Of a stretch of 64,000 nt of DNA, positions 49,206 through 60,291 are shown piece by piece. Position 1 is the first letter of the stretch, and every line of letters begins with the position of its first letter. The position numbers were made by a program, and so were the translations under genes. This DNA comes from Candidatus Poribacteria bacterium. GTDB taxonomy: Bacteria; Poribacteria; WGA-4E; PCPOR2b. The notes beneath the pieces are model-generated. The model saw nothing but the letters and a program-made list of their open reading frames with translations, had not been told where the DNA came from and ran no database searches. The stretch is taken from the NCBI GenBank assembly GCA_965208675.1, contig OZ242351.1, positions 1,088,001 to 1,152,000 of the forward strand. Direction: 5' to 3'.

Positions 49206-50960
49206 ATGATCTATCGCATTGCCGTGTTCGCGGTGAGTCTCGCTTGTATTGCGTTGTACGCTATCGCGGAAGAACAGATCCTCTTTGTAACCGACCGAGA
49301 TGGGAACAGCGAGATATACAGATATTTTCCCGGCGGCAGACCAACTAGGCTTACATTTCACGAAGGACTGGATGGCGCTCCAGCGTTATCCCCGAATGGG
49401 AAATCAATGGCTTATGTCACGATGATTAATCGGGCATCCCAAATCGCCGTGCTGGACTTCAACACCGGCAAACGCCGGCAACTGACATTTTCACCCAAAA
49501 ACGATGTCCATCCTACATGGTCACCGGACGGCAGACGAATCGCATTTGCTTCAGATCGGGACGGCGATTTCGATATATACATTATGAATGCAAACGGGAA
49601 GAACGCGAAAAATATGACCGATAATTCCGCTCTGCAGGATGGATCGCCTCATTGGTCTCCCGTGAGTCAGAAGATTGTGTTTACTTCTGAGCGGGATCAT
49701 CAGGCTCCAGAAGATGTCAATGTGCTTGATGCCCAGACTGGCAATCAGCGAACACTCATAACTTCATCAACTTTTGCGTTCAATCCCAAATGGTCACCGA
49801 ACGGGTCGCAGATTGCCTACTTTTCGCAGGAACTGCCTGACGCTTCACCGTCGACTACTCTTCTTTGGCGAGTGAAACCAGATGGTTCAGAATTGGAAGC
49901 ATTGGTGACTGGAGGAGAGTCAAACTCACATCCCAAATATTCTCCTGATGGATCGTCAATTGCGTTTGTGTCTGAAAGAAACTTTAACACAGACATTTAT
50001 ACTTTTAACCTTGAAACCGATGAGTTATCTCGTATAACAACACATCTCGGCTTCGATTTGTACCCCGATTGGTCTCCAGACGGAGAACGGCTTGCCTTCG
50101 TTTCCAGCAGAGACGGGAATTTAGATGTCTTTACAATGACTGTCAATGGAGAGCGCGTTACAAACCTGACTAAGAGCGGCATGATGGAGGCGCTTCCCAC
50201 TTGGTCTCCAGATGGGAGAACAATCGCTTTTAGTCGAGCGATGGGAGATAATAGCATCAGGATATACACGATTGATTCCGGTGGTGGAAATGAGGTTAAA
50301 CTGGTTGACTTACCGGTTGACAACGTCTCCCCTACCTGGTCTCCGCAGGGCAATAAACTGGCTTTCGTAAATATCCCGGAACGTGGAGACCCGACACACC
50401 GAATTTACACGGTTGACCCTGATGGAAGAAATCTACGCCTGTTGCATGAAGAACCGGTCGATTCAATCGACGAAATTGCTTGGGGACGTGACGAATCCCA
50501 AATAATTTTCAATGGATCCACCAATGGAATCGACTTATTGAACACGGAGACGCGTGAAGTCCACTCGATAGATTTGGATGTATGGAATCTCAATTCTCTC
50601 GATTCGTCACCCGACGGGGAAGACATTATCTTTTCAGCGTCAAAGCCAATTGAAAATCCGGAGCGGCGCTTAGGAGTCTTCATCATTGATACTGAGGGAA
50701 TGCTCCTACGAATTGTCCCAACGGACGTGCCGATTTCATTATTGAACCTAGGGCTTTCATGGTCACCGGATGGGAATGAGATTCTCGTTGGGCATGGCGA
50801 AGGGTTGTACAAGCTAGATTTGAATAGCGAAGCCATGGAGCTATTCATGGAATCCGCCAGTAATCCGGATTGGCAGGATCCGACACTACCTCGCTCAGTG
50901 TCTACGCGAAATAAGCTGAACACAACGTGGGGCGACATAAAAAAACTTGGAGCGCGCTGA
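49206..50960 (+). CDS. Secreted TolB-like propeller protein 6
   Basis: ATG at 49206 follows GGAGGAG. PD40 repeats. Ends SVSTRNKLNTTWGDIK. Confidence 0.88.
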   Translation: MIYRIAVFAVSLACIALYAIAEEQILFVTDRDGNSEIYRYFPGGRPTRLTFHEGLDGAPALSPNGKSMAYVTMINRASQIAVLDFNTGKRRQLTFSPKNDVHPTWSPDGRRIAFASDRDGDFDIYIMNANGKNAKNMTDNSALQDGSPHWSPVSQKIVFTSERDHQAPEDVNVLDAQTGNQRTLITSSTFAFNPKWSPNGSQIAYFSQELPDASPSTTLLWRVKPDGSELEALVTGGESNSHPKYSPDGSSIAFVSERNFNTDIYTFNLETDELSRITTHLGFDLYPDWSPDGERLAFVSSRDGNLDVFTMTVNGERVTNLTKSGMMEALPTWSPDGRTIAFSRAMGDNSIRIYTIDSGGGNEVKLVDLPVDNVSPTWSPQGNKLAFVNIPERGDPTHRIYTVDPDGRNLRLLHEEPVDSIDEIAWGRDESQIIFNGSTNGIDLLNTETREVHSIDLDVWNLNSLDSSPDGEDIIFSASKPIENPERRLGVFIIDTEGMLLRIVPTDVPISLLNLGLSWSPDGNEILVGHGEGLYKLDLNSEAMELFMESASNPDWQDPTLPRSVSTRNKLNTTWGDIKKLGAR

Positions 50961-51087
50961 AACAATATGATAGCACCATCACAGGTCGAAAAAGGTGCGA
51001 ATTCCCAAACATTTTGGATAAGGTCTATGACGCATTCGCACACACATGAAGCCCCATTACGTCCAAAATTTGGAGGAGAGGTCGCGT

Positions 51088-52842
51088 ATGATTTATCGCA
51101 TTGCCGTGTTCACGGTAAGTCTCGCTTGTATTGCGTTGTACGCTAACGCTGAAGAGCAGATCCTCTTTGTGTCCGACCGAGACGGGAACAGTGAGATATA
51201 CAGGTATTTCCCCGGCGGCAGACCCAAGAGGCTTACATTTGACGAAGGACCGGATGGCAATCCAGCGCTATCCCCGAGTGGAAAATCAATGGCGTATGTC
51301 ACGACGATTAATCGGGTATCCCAAATCGCCGTGCTGGACTTCAACTCTCGCAAACCCCGGCAACTGACTTTTTCACCCAAGAGCGATGTCCATCCTACAT
51401 GGTCCCCGGACGGAAGACGAATCGCATTTTCGTCCAACCGCGACGGTGATTTCGATATTTATATCATGAATAGAAACGGGACGAACGCGATAAATATGAC
51501 CGATAATTCCCCCCTGCACGACGGATCGCCTCACTGGTCTCCAGCAAGCCAAAAGATTGTATTTACCTCTGAGCGGGATCGTCTAGCACCAAAAGATGTT
51601 TATGTGCTTGATTCCCAAGCTGGTAACCGGCGAAGACTCATCACTTCTTCATCATTTGCGTTCAATCCCAAATGGTCACCGAACGGGTCACTGATTGCGT
51701 ATTACTCTACGGACATGTCTGACACCTCACCGTCGACTACTCTTCTTTGGCGAGTGAAACCAGATGGTACAGAATTGGAAGTATTGGTGACTGAAGGGGA
51801 GTCAAATTCACATCCCAAATTTTCTCCTAATGGATCATCAATTGCGTTTGTGTCTGAGAGAAACTTTAACATGGACATTTATGCTTTAAACCTTGAAACC
51901 AAGGAGCTAATGCGCTTAACAACACATCTTGGCTTCGATTCGCACCCCGATTGGTCTCCAGATGGAGAACGGCTAGCCTTCCTTTCCAGCCGAGACGGGA
52001 ATTCAGATGTCTTTACAATGACTGTCAATGGAGGGTACATCACAAACCTGACTAAGAGCGGCATGAATGAGGGGTTTCCCACTTGGTCCCCTGACGGAGA
52101 AAAAATAGCGTTTAGTCGGTTAATGGGGGACAACAGCGTCAGGATTTACGCGGTTGATTCCGATGGTGATAATGAGGTTCAACTGGTTGACTTGCCAGTT
52201 GCCAACCTCTACCCTGTCTGGTCCCCGCGCGGGAACAGACTGGCTTTTGTGAATCTCCCGGAACGCGGAGACTCGAAATACCGTATTTATACGGTTGACC
52301 CCGATGGGATAAACCTACAAATTTTGTATGAAGATTTGCTCGAACCTATTAACGAAATTGCTTGGTCACACGATGAGTCTCAGATTATTTTTGGTCGAAC
52401 CAACAATGCAATCGCCTTTCTGGATACGGAGACAGGTGAAGTCCACTCAATAGATGTGCCTGTATGGAATCCCAGTTCCCTCGATTCGTCACCCGACGGG
52501 GAGGACATTGTCTTTTCAGCGTCAAAGCCAATCGAAAATCCGGTGCGGCGGTTAGGAGTCTTCATCATTGATACTGACGGAATGCTTCTACGAATCGTCC
52601 CGACTGACCTGCCGATAACGTTGTTGAACCAAGGGCTTTCGTGGTCTCCCGACGGGAATACAATTCTCGTCAGTGACGAAGAAGGCATATACACGCTTGA
52701 CTTGGACACCGAATCCGTTGAGCTATTCATCGAATCTGCCAGTTATCCGGATTGGCAAGATCCGTCTCTCCCGCGCGCGGTCACTCCTCAGAACAAGCTG
52801 AATACCACATGGGGTGAGATGAAAACCGACGAAACGCGTTGA
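51088..52842 (+). CDS. Secreted TolB-like propeller protein 7
   Basis: ATG at 51088 follows GGAGGAG. Closest to protein 6 over most of its length. Ends AVTPQNKLNTTWGEMK. Confidence 0.88.
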   Translation: MIYRIAVFTVSLACIALYANAEEQILFVSDRDGNSEIYRYFPGGRPKRLTFDEGPDGNPALSPSGKSMAYVTTINRVSQIAVLDFNSRKPRQLTFSPKSDVHPTWSPDGRRIAFSSNRDGDFDIYIMNRNGTNAINMTDNSPLHDGSPHWSPASQKIVFTSERDRLAPKDVYVLDSQAGNRRRLITSSSFAFNPKWSPNGSLIAYYSTDMSDTSPSTTLLWRVKPDGTELEVLVTEGESNSHPKFSPNGSSIAFVSERNFNMDIYALNLETKELMRLTTHLGFDSHPDWSPDGERLAFLSSRDGNSDVFTMTVNGGYITNLTKSGMNEGFPTWSPDGEKIAFSRLMGDNSVRIYAVDSDGDNEVQLVDLPVANLYPVWSPRGNRLAFVNLPERGDSKYRIYTVDPDGINLQILYEDLLEPINEIAWSHDESQIIFGRTNNAIAFLDTETGEVHSIDVPVWNPSSLDSSPDGEDIVFSASKPIENPVRRLGVFIIDTDGMLLRIVPTDLPITLLNQGLSWSPDGNTILVSDEEGIYTLDLDTESVELFIESASYPDWQDPSLPRAVTPQNKLNTTWGEMKTDETR

Positions 52843-52962
52843 TACGATTTGTGAAACATTTTCGCGTGAAATTCGGTTTAATAGCACAAATGTTCGTTTT
52901 CACGAAATTCGAAGGATGCGTTACATATCATGTCGCACATCTTATGTCACACGGAGGAAAAC

Positions 52963-53541
52963 ATGTTTCCAGTCTCAGAAGCGATTCAATCGCGGCGGAC
53001 TATTTTTCATTTTAAACCTGAACAGGTCGCACGGGATGTACTTGAAGAGGTGCTCACGGCAGGTATCTGGGCGCCTAACCACCGTCTAACCGAGCCGTGG
53101 CGGTTCACCGTCATCGGTGAACAGACCAAGTTGAAGCTGGCAGAGCGGTATCGACAGATTCAGATTGAAAAGGTTTCAAAAAGCGCAGATGTTGACGAAG
53201 CCGCGCTCGCAAACGTAGGCGAGAAAGGGTTCGACAAATTCATGTCCAAACCCACGGTCATAGCCGTTTCGTGTCTTCAGGAAGGGGACGAACAGCGGCA
53301 GCGAGAGGACTATGCGGCGACGTGCTGTGCTTTGTATTGCATTCAGCTCGCCGGATGGGAGCGGGGCATCGGGATGCAGTGGAGTACCGGCCCTATTACG
53401 CTGGAACGGCAAACTTACGAACTTCTAGGTATTGACGCCGAGCGAGAATACATGGTGGGTTTCTGTTATGTCGGCTATCCGGCTGACGTGCCAACCCCCA
53501 AGCGCAAACCGCTGCACGACGTACTGCACTGGACAGTATGA
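52963..53541 (+). CDS. Nitroreductase-family protein (YdjA-like)
   Basis: 'AIQSRRTIFHF', 'WAPNHRLTEPWRF' and 'GIGMQWSTG'. ATG follows GGAGG. Confidence 0.85.
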   Translation: MFPVSEAIQSRRTIFHFKPEQVARDVLEEVLTAGIWAPNHRLTEPWRFTVIGEQTKLKLAERYRQIQIEKVSKSADVDEAALANVGEKGFDKFMSKPTVIAVSCLQEGDEQRQREDYAATCCALYCIQLAGWERGIGMQWSTGPITLERQTYELLGIDAEREYMVGFCYVGYPADVPTPKRKPLHDVLHWTV

Positions 53542-53575
53542 TTGCAACCCGTACCGCTGTTTGACCCATACAGCA

Positions 53576-55048
53576 ATGAACGAATACGATCTCACCATTA
53601 TCGGCGGCGGCAGTGCAGGCTTGGTTTTAGCAGTAGCGAGTGCAAAGCTGGGAAAGAAGACGGCTCTCGTCGAGAAAAATAAACTAGGCGGCGATTGCTT
53701 GTGGACAGGGTGTGTGCCGTCAAAGGCGTTTCTAAAATCCGCCCACCTCGCCCACCACATGAAGATGGCGGAACGTTTCGGGATTACGGTTGAAGGCGTG
53801 GACATCGACTTTCAGCGTGTCATGCAGCATGTCCGGAGCGCCCAGGGGACTATTGAGCGCGAACACGATAATCCGGAGCGATTCCGTGAATTGGGCGTTG
53901 ATGTCATCTTCGGCAGCGGACATTTTGACTCACCGAGGTCTTTCATTGTCGAAGATAGTGAGAAGCACGATACGACTACGCTGACGAGTAAGAAATACGT
54001 AATTTCAACCGGATCCCGCCCTGCTGCGCCGCCAATTCCCGGTGTTGAATCCATCAACTATTTGGACAGCCACAACGTTTGGGAAATAGACAACCTCCCG
54101 CAAACGCTGCTAGTGGCGGGCGCCGGGCCAATCGGTGTCGAATTAGGGCAAGCTTTCTACCGCTTGGGCGCAGAGGTCACAATTGTGCAGCGGAGTGATC
54201 GCATTCTGCCAAGGGAGGAGCACGTCGTCTCCCATCGGATGCTGGAATGCCTTCGAGCAGAAGGCATCTCGATTCTCCTCAACACCAATCTCCACGAAGT
54301 GACAGATGCCGTACCAAATCACGATGAAAATCGCCGCGCTCCGATTAATGGGAATTACAATGTTGTGCTGGATACGCGCGGCGAGAAGCGGGAACTGACA
54401 GTAGATCAGATCTTGATAGCGACAGGCCGAAACCCCAACGTCGAAGGATTGGGGCTTGAACGAATTGGTGTACGGGTAGGGAAACACGGAATTGAAGTCA
54501 ACGAGAAGCTACAAACCTCGGTCAAGAATATTTATGCCGCCGGCGATGTCATCGGACATTACCTGTTTACCCACGTCGCGGCATTCCAAGCGCGGCAGAT
54601 AATTCGCAACATCTTCTTCCCGGGGGCTGCATCAATTGATTACGCTGTAGTCCCTTGGACGACATTCAGCGATCCAGAGGTAGCCCGGTGCGGACTGACG
54701 GAGACGGAAGCGCGGCGGAAATACGGTGATGTCGATGTGTTTACCGTGGATTTTAAAGACGTGGATAGAGCAGTGGCAGAAGGTGAAACAGAGGGATTTA
54801 TCAAGATTGTTGCGACAAAGTGGACCGGCAAAATTCTAGGTGTACACCTGATTGGCCCGCGCGCCGGGGAGATACTCCACGAGTTTGTTTTAGCAATGAA
54901 GGCAGGGATTTCGCTGCGCAAGTTGACTTCGATAATACACGTTTATCCAACCTATTCCAGCATCGTTTGGCAGGTTGCCGGAAAGTGGCTTGCCGAAGGC
55001 ACGCTTGTCAACACGGTTCGGAACTTCTTACGCAACAGCGGAAAATAA
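53576..55048 (+). CDS. FAD-dependent pyridine nucleotide-disulfide oxidoreductase (Lpd/MerA-like family)
   Basis: 'IIGGGSAG', redox disulfide 'GGDCLWTGCVPSK', 'GAGPIGVE', 'YAAGDV' and 'HVYPT'. Confidence 0.85.
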   Translation: MNEYDLTIIGGGSAGLVLAVASAKLGKKTALVEKNKLGGDCLWTGCVPSKAFLKSAHLAHHMKMAERFGITVEGVDIDFQRVMQHVRSAQGTIEREHDNPERFRELGVDVIFGSGHFDSPRSFIVEDSEKHDTTTLTSKKYVISTGSRPAAPPIPGVESINYLDSHNVWEIDNLPQTLLVAGAGPIGVELGQAFYRLGAEVTIVQRSDRILPREEHVVSHRMLECLRAEGISILLNTNLHEVTDAVPNHDENRRAPINGNYNVVLDTRGEKRELTVDQILIATGRNPNVEGLGLERIGVRVGKHGIEVNEKLQTSVKNIYAAGDVIGHYLFTHVAAFQARQIIRNIFFPGAASIDYAVVPWTTFSDPEVARCGLTETEARRKYGDVDVFTVDFKDVDRAVAEGETEGFIKIVATKWTGKILGVHLIGPRAGEILHEFVLAMKAGISLRKLTSIIHVYPTYSSIVWQVAGKWLAEGTLVNTVRNFLRNSGK

Positions 55049-55132
55049 CATAGAGACGAAACACGATTGGAATCGGTTCAAAGGCGCCTTGTTCAAAAAC
55101 GTGCGTTCCAGTCTTCCGCACAACACATGATT

Positions 55133-56287
55133 CTATTGCTCCTCGTCGTCGTGATTGTGCCGGTGAAACAGCTTATCGCCTAATTTGTCGAAAAACCCGG
55201 TGTGCTCACCACCTACCTGCTCTCCGCGGACTCGGGCAAACTCCGCCAATATCTCCTGTTCTCGATCGGTCAGGCGTGACGGCGTTTCAATTCTCACCGT
55301 TACGATACAATTTCCACGTCCATAGTGATTGTGATGCGGAACGCCCTTTCCGGGAATGCGCAATCGCCCGCCATATTGTGTTCCGGGCGGGATTGTAAGC
55401 GGGACAGGCCCATCAATTGTATCAACTTCAATCTCCGCGCCCAGCGCAGCCTGTGTAAAGGAGACTGTGGCTACTGTAATTAGGTCGTTGTCTTCCCGAA
55501 CGAATCGATCGTGACGAGTTACTTCAATCAAAATGTAGAGATCGCCGGGCGGGCCGCCGTTAACCCCAGCCTCACCTTCACCGCGCAACGAAATTTTGAA
55601 CCCCGTATCCACGCCTTTTGGAATTGTGACTTTAAGTTGCCGAGTCACCCGTACCACGCCTTGCCCTTGGCATGACCTACATGGACGAGAGATGATTTGG
55701 CCTTCACCGCGGCACCGTGAGCAGGTTCGCGACATAGAAAAAAAGCCCTGTGAACGAGTAACTTGACCACGTCCGTGGCAATCCGGGCAGGTTTGCGGGC
55801 TTGAACCGGGCTCGCTTCTTGTCCCATGGCAAGCCTTACACGATTCAAGGCGCGGGACATCAATAGTCGCAGTTTTTCCATTTATAACATCTTCCAGTGA
55901 AATCTGTAAGTTGTATTGCAGGCTGCGCCCCCGTTTCGGAGCTCTCTGCCCACGGGTACTGCCGGATCCAAAAATTTCTCCAAAGTCGCCAAAAATATCG
56001 CCGACGATGTCTTCAAAGTTGCCGAAATCAAAGCCGAATCCGCTAGATCTAATCGAACCTTCTACGCCTGCATGACCGAACTGGTCGTAACGGCTGCGCT
56101 TTTCAGCGTCACCCAAAACCTCGTACGCCTCAGTGGCCTCTTTAAAACTCTCCTCAGCGTTTTTGTCGCCGGGGTTTTTATCCGGATGGAATTTTATTGC
56201 GAGCTTTCGGTACGACTTCTTAATCTCGTCTTGGCTCGCACCTCTGCCTACGCTGAGCACGTCGTAGTAATCTCGTTTTTCTCTCAT
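55133..56287 (-). CDS. dnaJ: Chaperone DnaJ
   Basis: J domain with HPD, G/F-rich region and four CxxCxGxG-type repeats. Confidence 0.97.
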   Translation of the reverse strand: MREKRDYYDVLSVGRGASQDEIKKSYRKLAIKFHPDKNPGDKNAEESFKEATEAYEVLGDAEKRSRYDQFGHAGVEGSIRSSGFGFDFGNFEDIVGDIFGDFGEIFGSGSTRGQRAPKRGRSLQYNLQISLEDVINGKTATIDVPRLESCKACHGTRSEPGSSPQTCPDCHGRGQVTRSQGFFSMSRTCSRCRGEGQIISRPCRSCQGQGVVRVTRQLKVTIPKGVDTGFKISLRGEGEAGVNGGPPGDLYILIEVTRHDRFVREDNDLITVATVSFTQAALGAEIEVDTIDGPVPLTIPPGTQYGGRLRIPGKGVPHHNHYGRGNCIVTVRIETPSRLTDREQEILAEFARVRGEQVGGEHTGFFDKLGDKLFHRHNHDDEEQ

Positions 56288-56298
56288 GGAACTCTCCT

Positions 56299-58263
56299 CT
56301 ATTGCTTATCAGTATTGCCTGTAGCCTTGTCACTAGAGCGGTCGCCAGCATGCTCGTCAGCTTCTACTTCGATGTCGATGATTTCTTCCTCAGCATCCGC
56401 ATTTTCTGTCTGATTCTCCGTCTCCGTCCCCGCTTCAGCATCACTTTGTCCTTCATCCGCCGCCTCGGCATACATGGCTTCAGCCAACTTGTGGGACGCT
56501 TGCAGCAACGCCTCGGTGTCGGTTTTTATCGCCTCAATATCGTCACCCTTTAAGCTTTCTTTCAGTTTCTGAATCGCCGTTTCTATGGTGTTTCGATCCG
56601 CTTCAGAAACTTTATCGCCATATTCCTGTAATGATTTTTCCGCGCCATAGACCAGCGAATCGGCTTGATTTCTAACTTCAACCGTCTCTTTTCTTTGTTG
56701 ATCTTCCTCAGCATGAGCCTCACCATCCTTAACCATCTGCTCAATCTCAGTATCTGACAGTCCGCTTGAAGACTCAATGCGAATCTTCTGCTCCTTACCC
56801 GTACCTAAATCTTTCGCTGAGACATGCACAATCCCGTTGGCGTCAATATCAAAGGTGACTTCAATCTGGGGCACACCGCGCGGTGCGGGTGGAATACCAA
56901 CCAAATCAAACCGTCCTAATGTCCGGTTATAGACCGCCATTTCACGTTCGCCCTGCAAGACGTGAATATTGACAGCCTCTTGGTTGTCAGCGGCTGTCGA
57001 AAAAATTTGCGTTTTCTTGGTCGGGATGGTGGTATTTCGTTCAATCAGCCGTGTAAAGACCTGTCCGAGTGTCTCAATGCCCAATGACAGGGGAGTTACA
57101 TCAAGCAGTAGAACATCCTTGACGCCTTCATCACCGGATAACACCCCGGCCTGTACTGCCGCGCCGATAGCGACGACTTCGTCAGGATTGACGCCTTTGT
57201 GCGGCGCCTTAGCGAATAGCTGTTCAACCATCTCCTGAACTTTGGGCATACGCGTCTGTCCACCGACGAGCACAATTTCGTCAATCTCCGAGGGACTCAA
57301 TTCAGCGTCTGCCATCGCTTGCCGGCAGGGTTCAATTGTCCGTTCAATCAAGTTCATGGTCAGTTGCTCGAGCTTGGCTCTGGTAAGTGTAATAGTCATA
57401 TGCTTGGGACCGCTGGCGTCCGCTGTAATAAATGGCAGATTTACTTCGGACTGCAGCGCCGTAGACAGTTCGCACTTAGCCTTTTCAGCAGCTTCTTTCA
57501 GACGTTGGAGCGCCATTGGGTCTTTGCGTAAATCGATGCCATTGTCATTCAAGAATTCTTCCGCCAACCAATCGACGATGCATTGATCGAAATCATCGCC
57601 GCCAAGATGCGTGTCTCCATTGGTGCTTTTGACCTCGAAAACGCCATCGCCGATTTCAAGAATTGAGATGTCAAATGTCCCTCCGCCAAGGTCATAGACC
57701 GCGATTTTTTCGTCCGACTTCTTGTCCAGACCGTACACTAGCGAAGCGGCGGTCGGTTCATTGATGATGCGCAACACTTCCAACCCCGCTATGCGTCCGG
57801 CGTCCTTTGTCGCCTGCCGCTGGGCATCATTGAAATAGGCAGGAACAGTAATTACAGCCTGTGAGACGGATTCACCGAGATAGGCTTCGGCAGTCTCTTT
57901 CATCTTTCGCAATGTCATTGCCGATAATTCGAGAGGCGCATATTCTTCGTCCCCGATTCTAATTTTTGCTTCCTGATTGGGACCCGTAACGACTTGATAA
58001 GACACGCGCTCAATTTCTTGTGCTACCTCCTCATAACGCCGCCCCATGAAACGCTTGACAGAAAAGACAGTGTTCTGGGGATTGGTCACAGCTTGCCTTT
58101 TTGCAACCTGCCCCACAATTCGTTCGTCATCTTTTGTAAATGCAACCACAGAGGGTGTTGTACGGCTTCCCTCAGTGTTGGGGATAACCTTCGGTTCACC
58201 TCCTTCCAAAACTGCGACGCACGAGTTTGTGGTACCAAGGTCTATTCCTATCACTTTACTCAT
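56299..58263 (-). CDS. dnaK: Chaperone DnaK
   Basis: '[10 protein letters not shown]', 'TVPAYFND', 'DLGGGTFD' and '[15 protein letters not shown]'. Confidence 0.98.
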   Translation of the reverse strand: MSKVIGIDLGTTNSCVAVLEGGEPKVIPNTEGSRTTPSVVAFTKDDERIVGQVAKRQAVTNPQNTVFSVKRFMGRRYEEVAQEIERVSYQVVTGPNQEAKIRIGDEEYAPLELSAMTLRKMKETAEAYLGESVSQAVITVPAYFNDAQRQATKDAGRIAGLEVLRIINEPTAASLVYGLDKKSDEKIAVYDLGGGTFDISILEIGDGVFEVKSTNGDTHLGGDDFDQCIVDWLAEEFLNDNGIDLRKDPMALQRLKEAAEKAKCELSTALQSEVNLPFITADASGPKHMTITLTRAKLEQLTMNLIERTIEPCRQAMADAELSPSEIDEIVLVGGQTRMPKVQEMVEQLFAKAPHKGVNPDEVVAIGAAVQAGVLSGDEGVKDVLLLDVTPLSLGIETLGQVFTRLIERNTTIPTKKTQIFSTAADNQEAVNIHVLQGEREMAVYNRTLGRFDLVGIPPAPRGVPQIEVTFDIDANGIVHVSAKDLGTGKEQKIRIESSSGLSDTEIEQMVKDGEAHAEEDQQRKETVEVRNQADSLVYGAEKSLQEYGDKVSEADRNTIETAIQKLKESLKGDDIEAIKTDTEALLQASHKLAEAMYAEAADEGQSDAEAGTETENQTENADAEEEIIDIEVEADEHAGDRSSDKATGNTDKQ

Positions 58264-58981
58264 TCGATTCTTCCTCCTTTTCACCTTCATCGTCCGGTGA
58301 TGTGTTTTCCGTCTGTGGTTTACCCCTAGAAACTGACACCATTGAAGGGCGAATGACCCGGTCGTGCAGCAGATACCCGCGTTGAAACTCCTCGATTACG
58401 GCGTTCTCCTCGACATCTTCCGAGTCAATGTGCATTACCGCTTCGTGAAGATTCGGATCGAACGGCTCACCTTGAGCTTTAATCACCGTTACATCGCGCT
58501 TTTTGAGTAATTCGCCAAGTTGCTTGTGAATCAGTTGAATTCCTTCGTTCAGAGAATCGAAATCTCTCGACTCCTTTGCGGATTCGATGCCTCTCTCTAT
58601 ACTGTCCACAACTAAAATTAAATCTTTGATGACGCCTTCGACCGCATATTTAAAGAACTCTGCTTTCTCACGCTCCGCGCGTTTTTTTGAATTTTCGTAG
58701 TCGGCAATGGTACGAAGCATCCGATCAGACTGCTGTTCAAACTCGGCATTCTTGGCTTTTGCGCTATCTAACTCCTCTTTCATCCGAGCAAATTCTTCGG
58801 GAGAAGGCACTACTTCCGATTCGGATTCCGCTTCGTCCACACATTCACTAGCATCCTCCAAGGCTTCCGACGCAGAGGCTGGCGCTTCGTCCGCTGAATC
58901 CGCCTGAACATCTATTGCGCCGTCCTCCGATGTAGTGCCTTCGGCTTCCGCCTCTATTTGCACGTCTATTGTTTCTGACAT
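58256..58981 (-). CDS. grpE: Nucleotide exchange factor GrpE
   Basis: 'LRTIADYEN', 'FDPNLHEAV' and '[14 protein letters not shown]'. Lies between hrcA and dnaK. Confidence 0.95.
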   Translation of the reverse strand: MSETIDVQIEAEAEGTTSEDGAIDVQADSADEAPASASEALEDASECVDEAESESEVVPSPEEFARMKEELDSAKAKNAEFEQQSDRMLRTIADYENSKKRAEREKAEFFKYAVEGVIKDLILVVDSIERGIESAKESRDFDSLNEGIQLIHKQLGELLKKRDVTVIKAQGEPFDPNLHEAVMHIDSEDVEENAVIEEFQRGYLLHDRVIRPSMVSVSRGKPQTENTSPDDEGEKEEESNE

Positions 58982-59023
58982 CTAATCACCTCATATCAAT
59001 GTATTCAATCATTAAAGGCTAAT

Positions 59024-60079
59024 CTATAGTGACTTTTGAAGATGTTGACCGATAACTTGCGCCGTAAATTTTACGATTGACACCACACGAGAGTATTCCA
59101 TCCGCGTTGGTCCGATTACGCCTATGGTGCCGAGAAAATGGCCTCGAACGCTAATAGTAGACTGCACGACACTGCACATCTCCATTCCTTCACACCTATT
59201 TTCGCTGCCGATAAGCACCTGAATATCGGGATTCTCTTTCTTTGGCGACAGCAGGTCCGCAACCCGTTCTTTTTGCTCCAAAAAACGAAATAACGGTTCA
59301 ATTTGTTCCACTTCCAAAAATTCAGGCTGACCGAAAAAATTCGAAGTGCCATCGAGATAAACGGGGATTCCCCTATCCAGCGAAAAGGTGTTTCGCGCCA
59401 ACGTTGCGACAGGATCAGACAAATCCCGATCGAAAACCGCAGCCAGATTTGCATGGCTTTGTGAAATTCGTCGTATCTCCCCCAAGGACAATCCTGCTAA
59501 CTTTTCATTAAGAATTCGGCTAATCCGATTGAAATCTGTCTTGGATAAGCTTTCATGGACGGAAACCACCTGATTCTTAACAAGCCCTGAATTCGTAATC
59601 AATACAACTACTACCCGCTGGGTATCAAGCGGAAAGAGTTCCAATCGCCGTAGAATACCGTCATGCAATTGAGGGCTCAAAGCAACTCCGATGTAATGAG
59701 AAATTTGAGATAAAATCTTAGAAGTCTGTTCGATGGTTTCAACGATATCGAGTTCCGATGAGTCGTACCATTGTCGTATGAATCTGCACTCTTCATCTGT
59801 CAACCGTTGAGTCGTCATCATATTGTCGACGTACACGCGATAGCCGAGTTCCGTTGGGATTCGCCCCGCCGAGGTATGAGGTTGCGCCAAGTAGCCATAT
59901 TCTCCGAGCTGCGCCATGGTATTCCGAATAGTTGCCGGGCTCAATCTCATATCATAATACCGCGCAATCGCTCTGGAGCTGACAGGCTTCGCTGTCCGAT
60001 TATAACAAGTGATAATCGCTTCGAGAACCTCGCGATTTCGGGTATTCAGCACAGCGGTTGTCAATGGCGCCACCCCCAA
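59024..60079 (-). CDS. hrcA: Heat-inducible transcription repressor HrcA (start uncertain)
   Basis: 'SPATIRN', 'QPHTSAGRIPT..GYR.YVD' and 'GVIGPTRMEY'. Confidence 0.95.
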   Translation of the reverse strand: MGVAPLTTAVLNTRNREVLEAIITCYNRTAKPVSSRAIARYYDMRLSPATIRNTMAQLGEYGYLAQPHTSAGRIPTELGYRVYVDNMMTTQRLTDEECRFIRQWYDSSELDIVETIEQTSKILSQISHYIGVALSPQLHDGILRRLELFPLDTQRVVVVLITNSGLVKNQVVSVHESLSKTDFNRISRILNEKLAGLSLGEIRRISQSHANLAAVFDRDLSDPVATLARNTFSLDRGIPVYLDGTSNFFGQPEFLEVEQIEPLFRFLEQKERVADLLSPKKENPDIQVLIGSENRCEGMEMCSVVQSTISVRGHFLGTIGVIGPTRMEYSRVVSIVKFTAQVIGQHLQKSL

Positions 60080-60090
60080 GTCTCAATATG

Positions 60091-60117
60091 TTAGCACTCT
60101 TCTTCAAAGAGTGCTAA
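60091..60117. promoter_or_regulatory. CIRCE operator
   Basis: Perfect TTAGCACTC-N9-GAGTGCTAA immediately upstream of hrcA. Confidence 0.97.
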
Positions 60118-60125
60118 ATCGGGAA

Positions 60126-60155
60126 AAGATACCATTTTCCTCTCCGATTTGTCAA
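60126..60155 (-). promoter_or_regulatory. Sigma-70-like promoter of the hrcA operon
   Basis: Minus-strand TTGACA-N18-TATCTT with a TGn extension, just upstream of CIRCE. Confidence 0.65.
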
Positions 60156-60291
60156 GCCAAAAGGGAAAGGCGCATTTGTCAAAGTCACTACAAGAACCCT
60201 TTCTCTCTGCACCGCTGTGACCAGTTTTAATTTGCGCCGCCTTACCAGTCACGCGCATTTAAATGACAATGCACCCTGCCTGTATGCACTC

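Noticed and set aside
38752-52842. Tol-Pal system (tolB) or a diversity-generating retroelement target array
   Set aside because: There is no TolB N-terminal domain and no tolQRA or pal genes. There is no reverse transcriptase and no template/variable repeat pair with adenine-specific differences.
53576-55048. Mercuric reductase merA
   Set aside because: It lacks the C-terminal Cys-Cys pair and the N-terminal HMA domain, and no mer genes are nearby.
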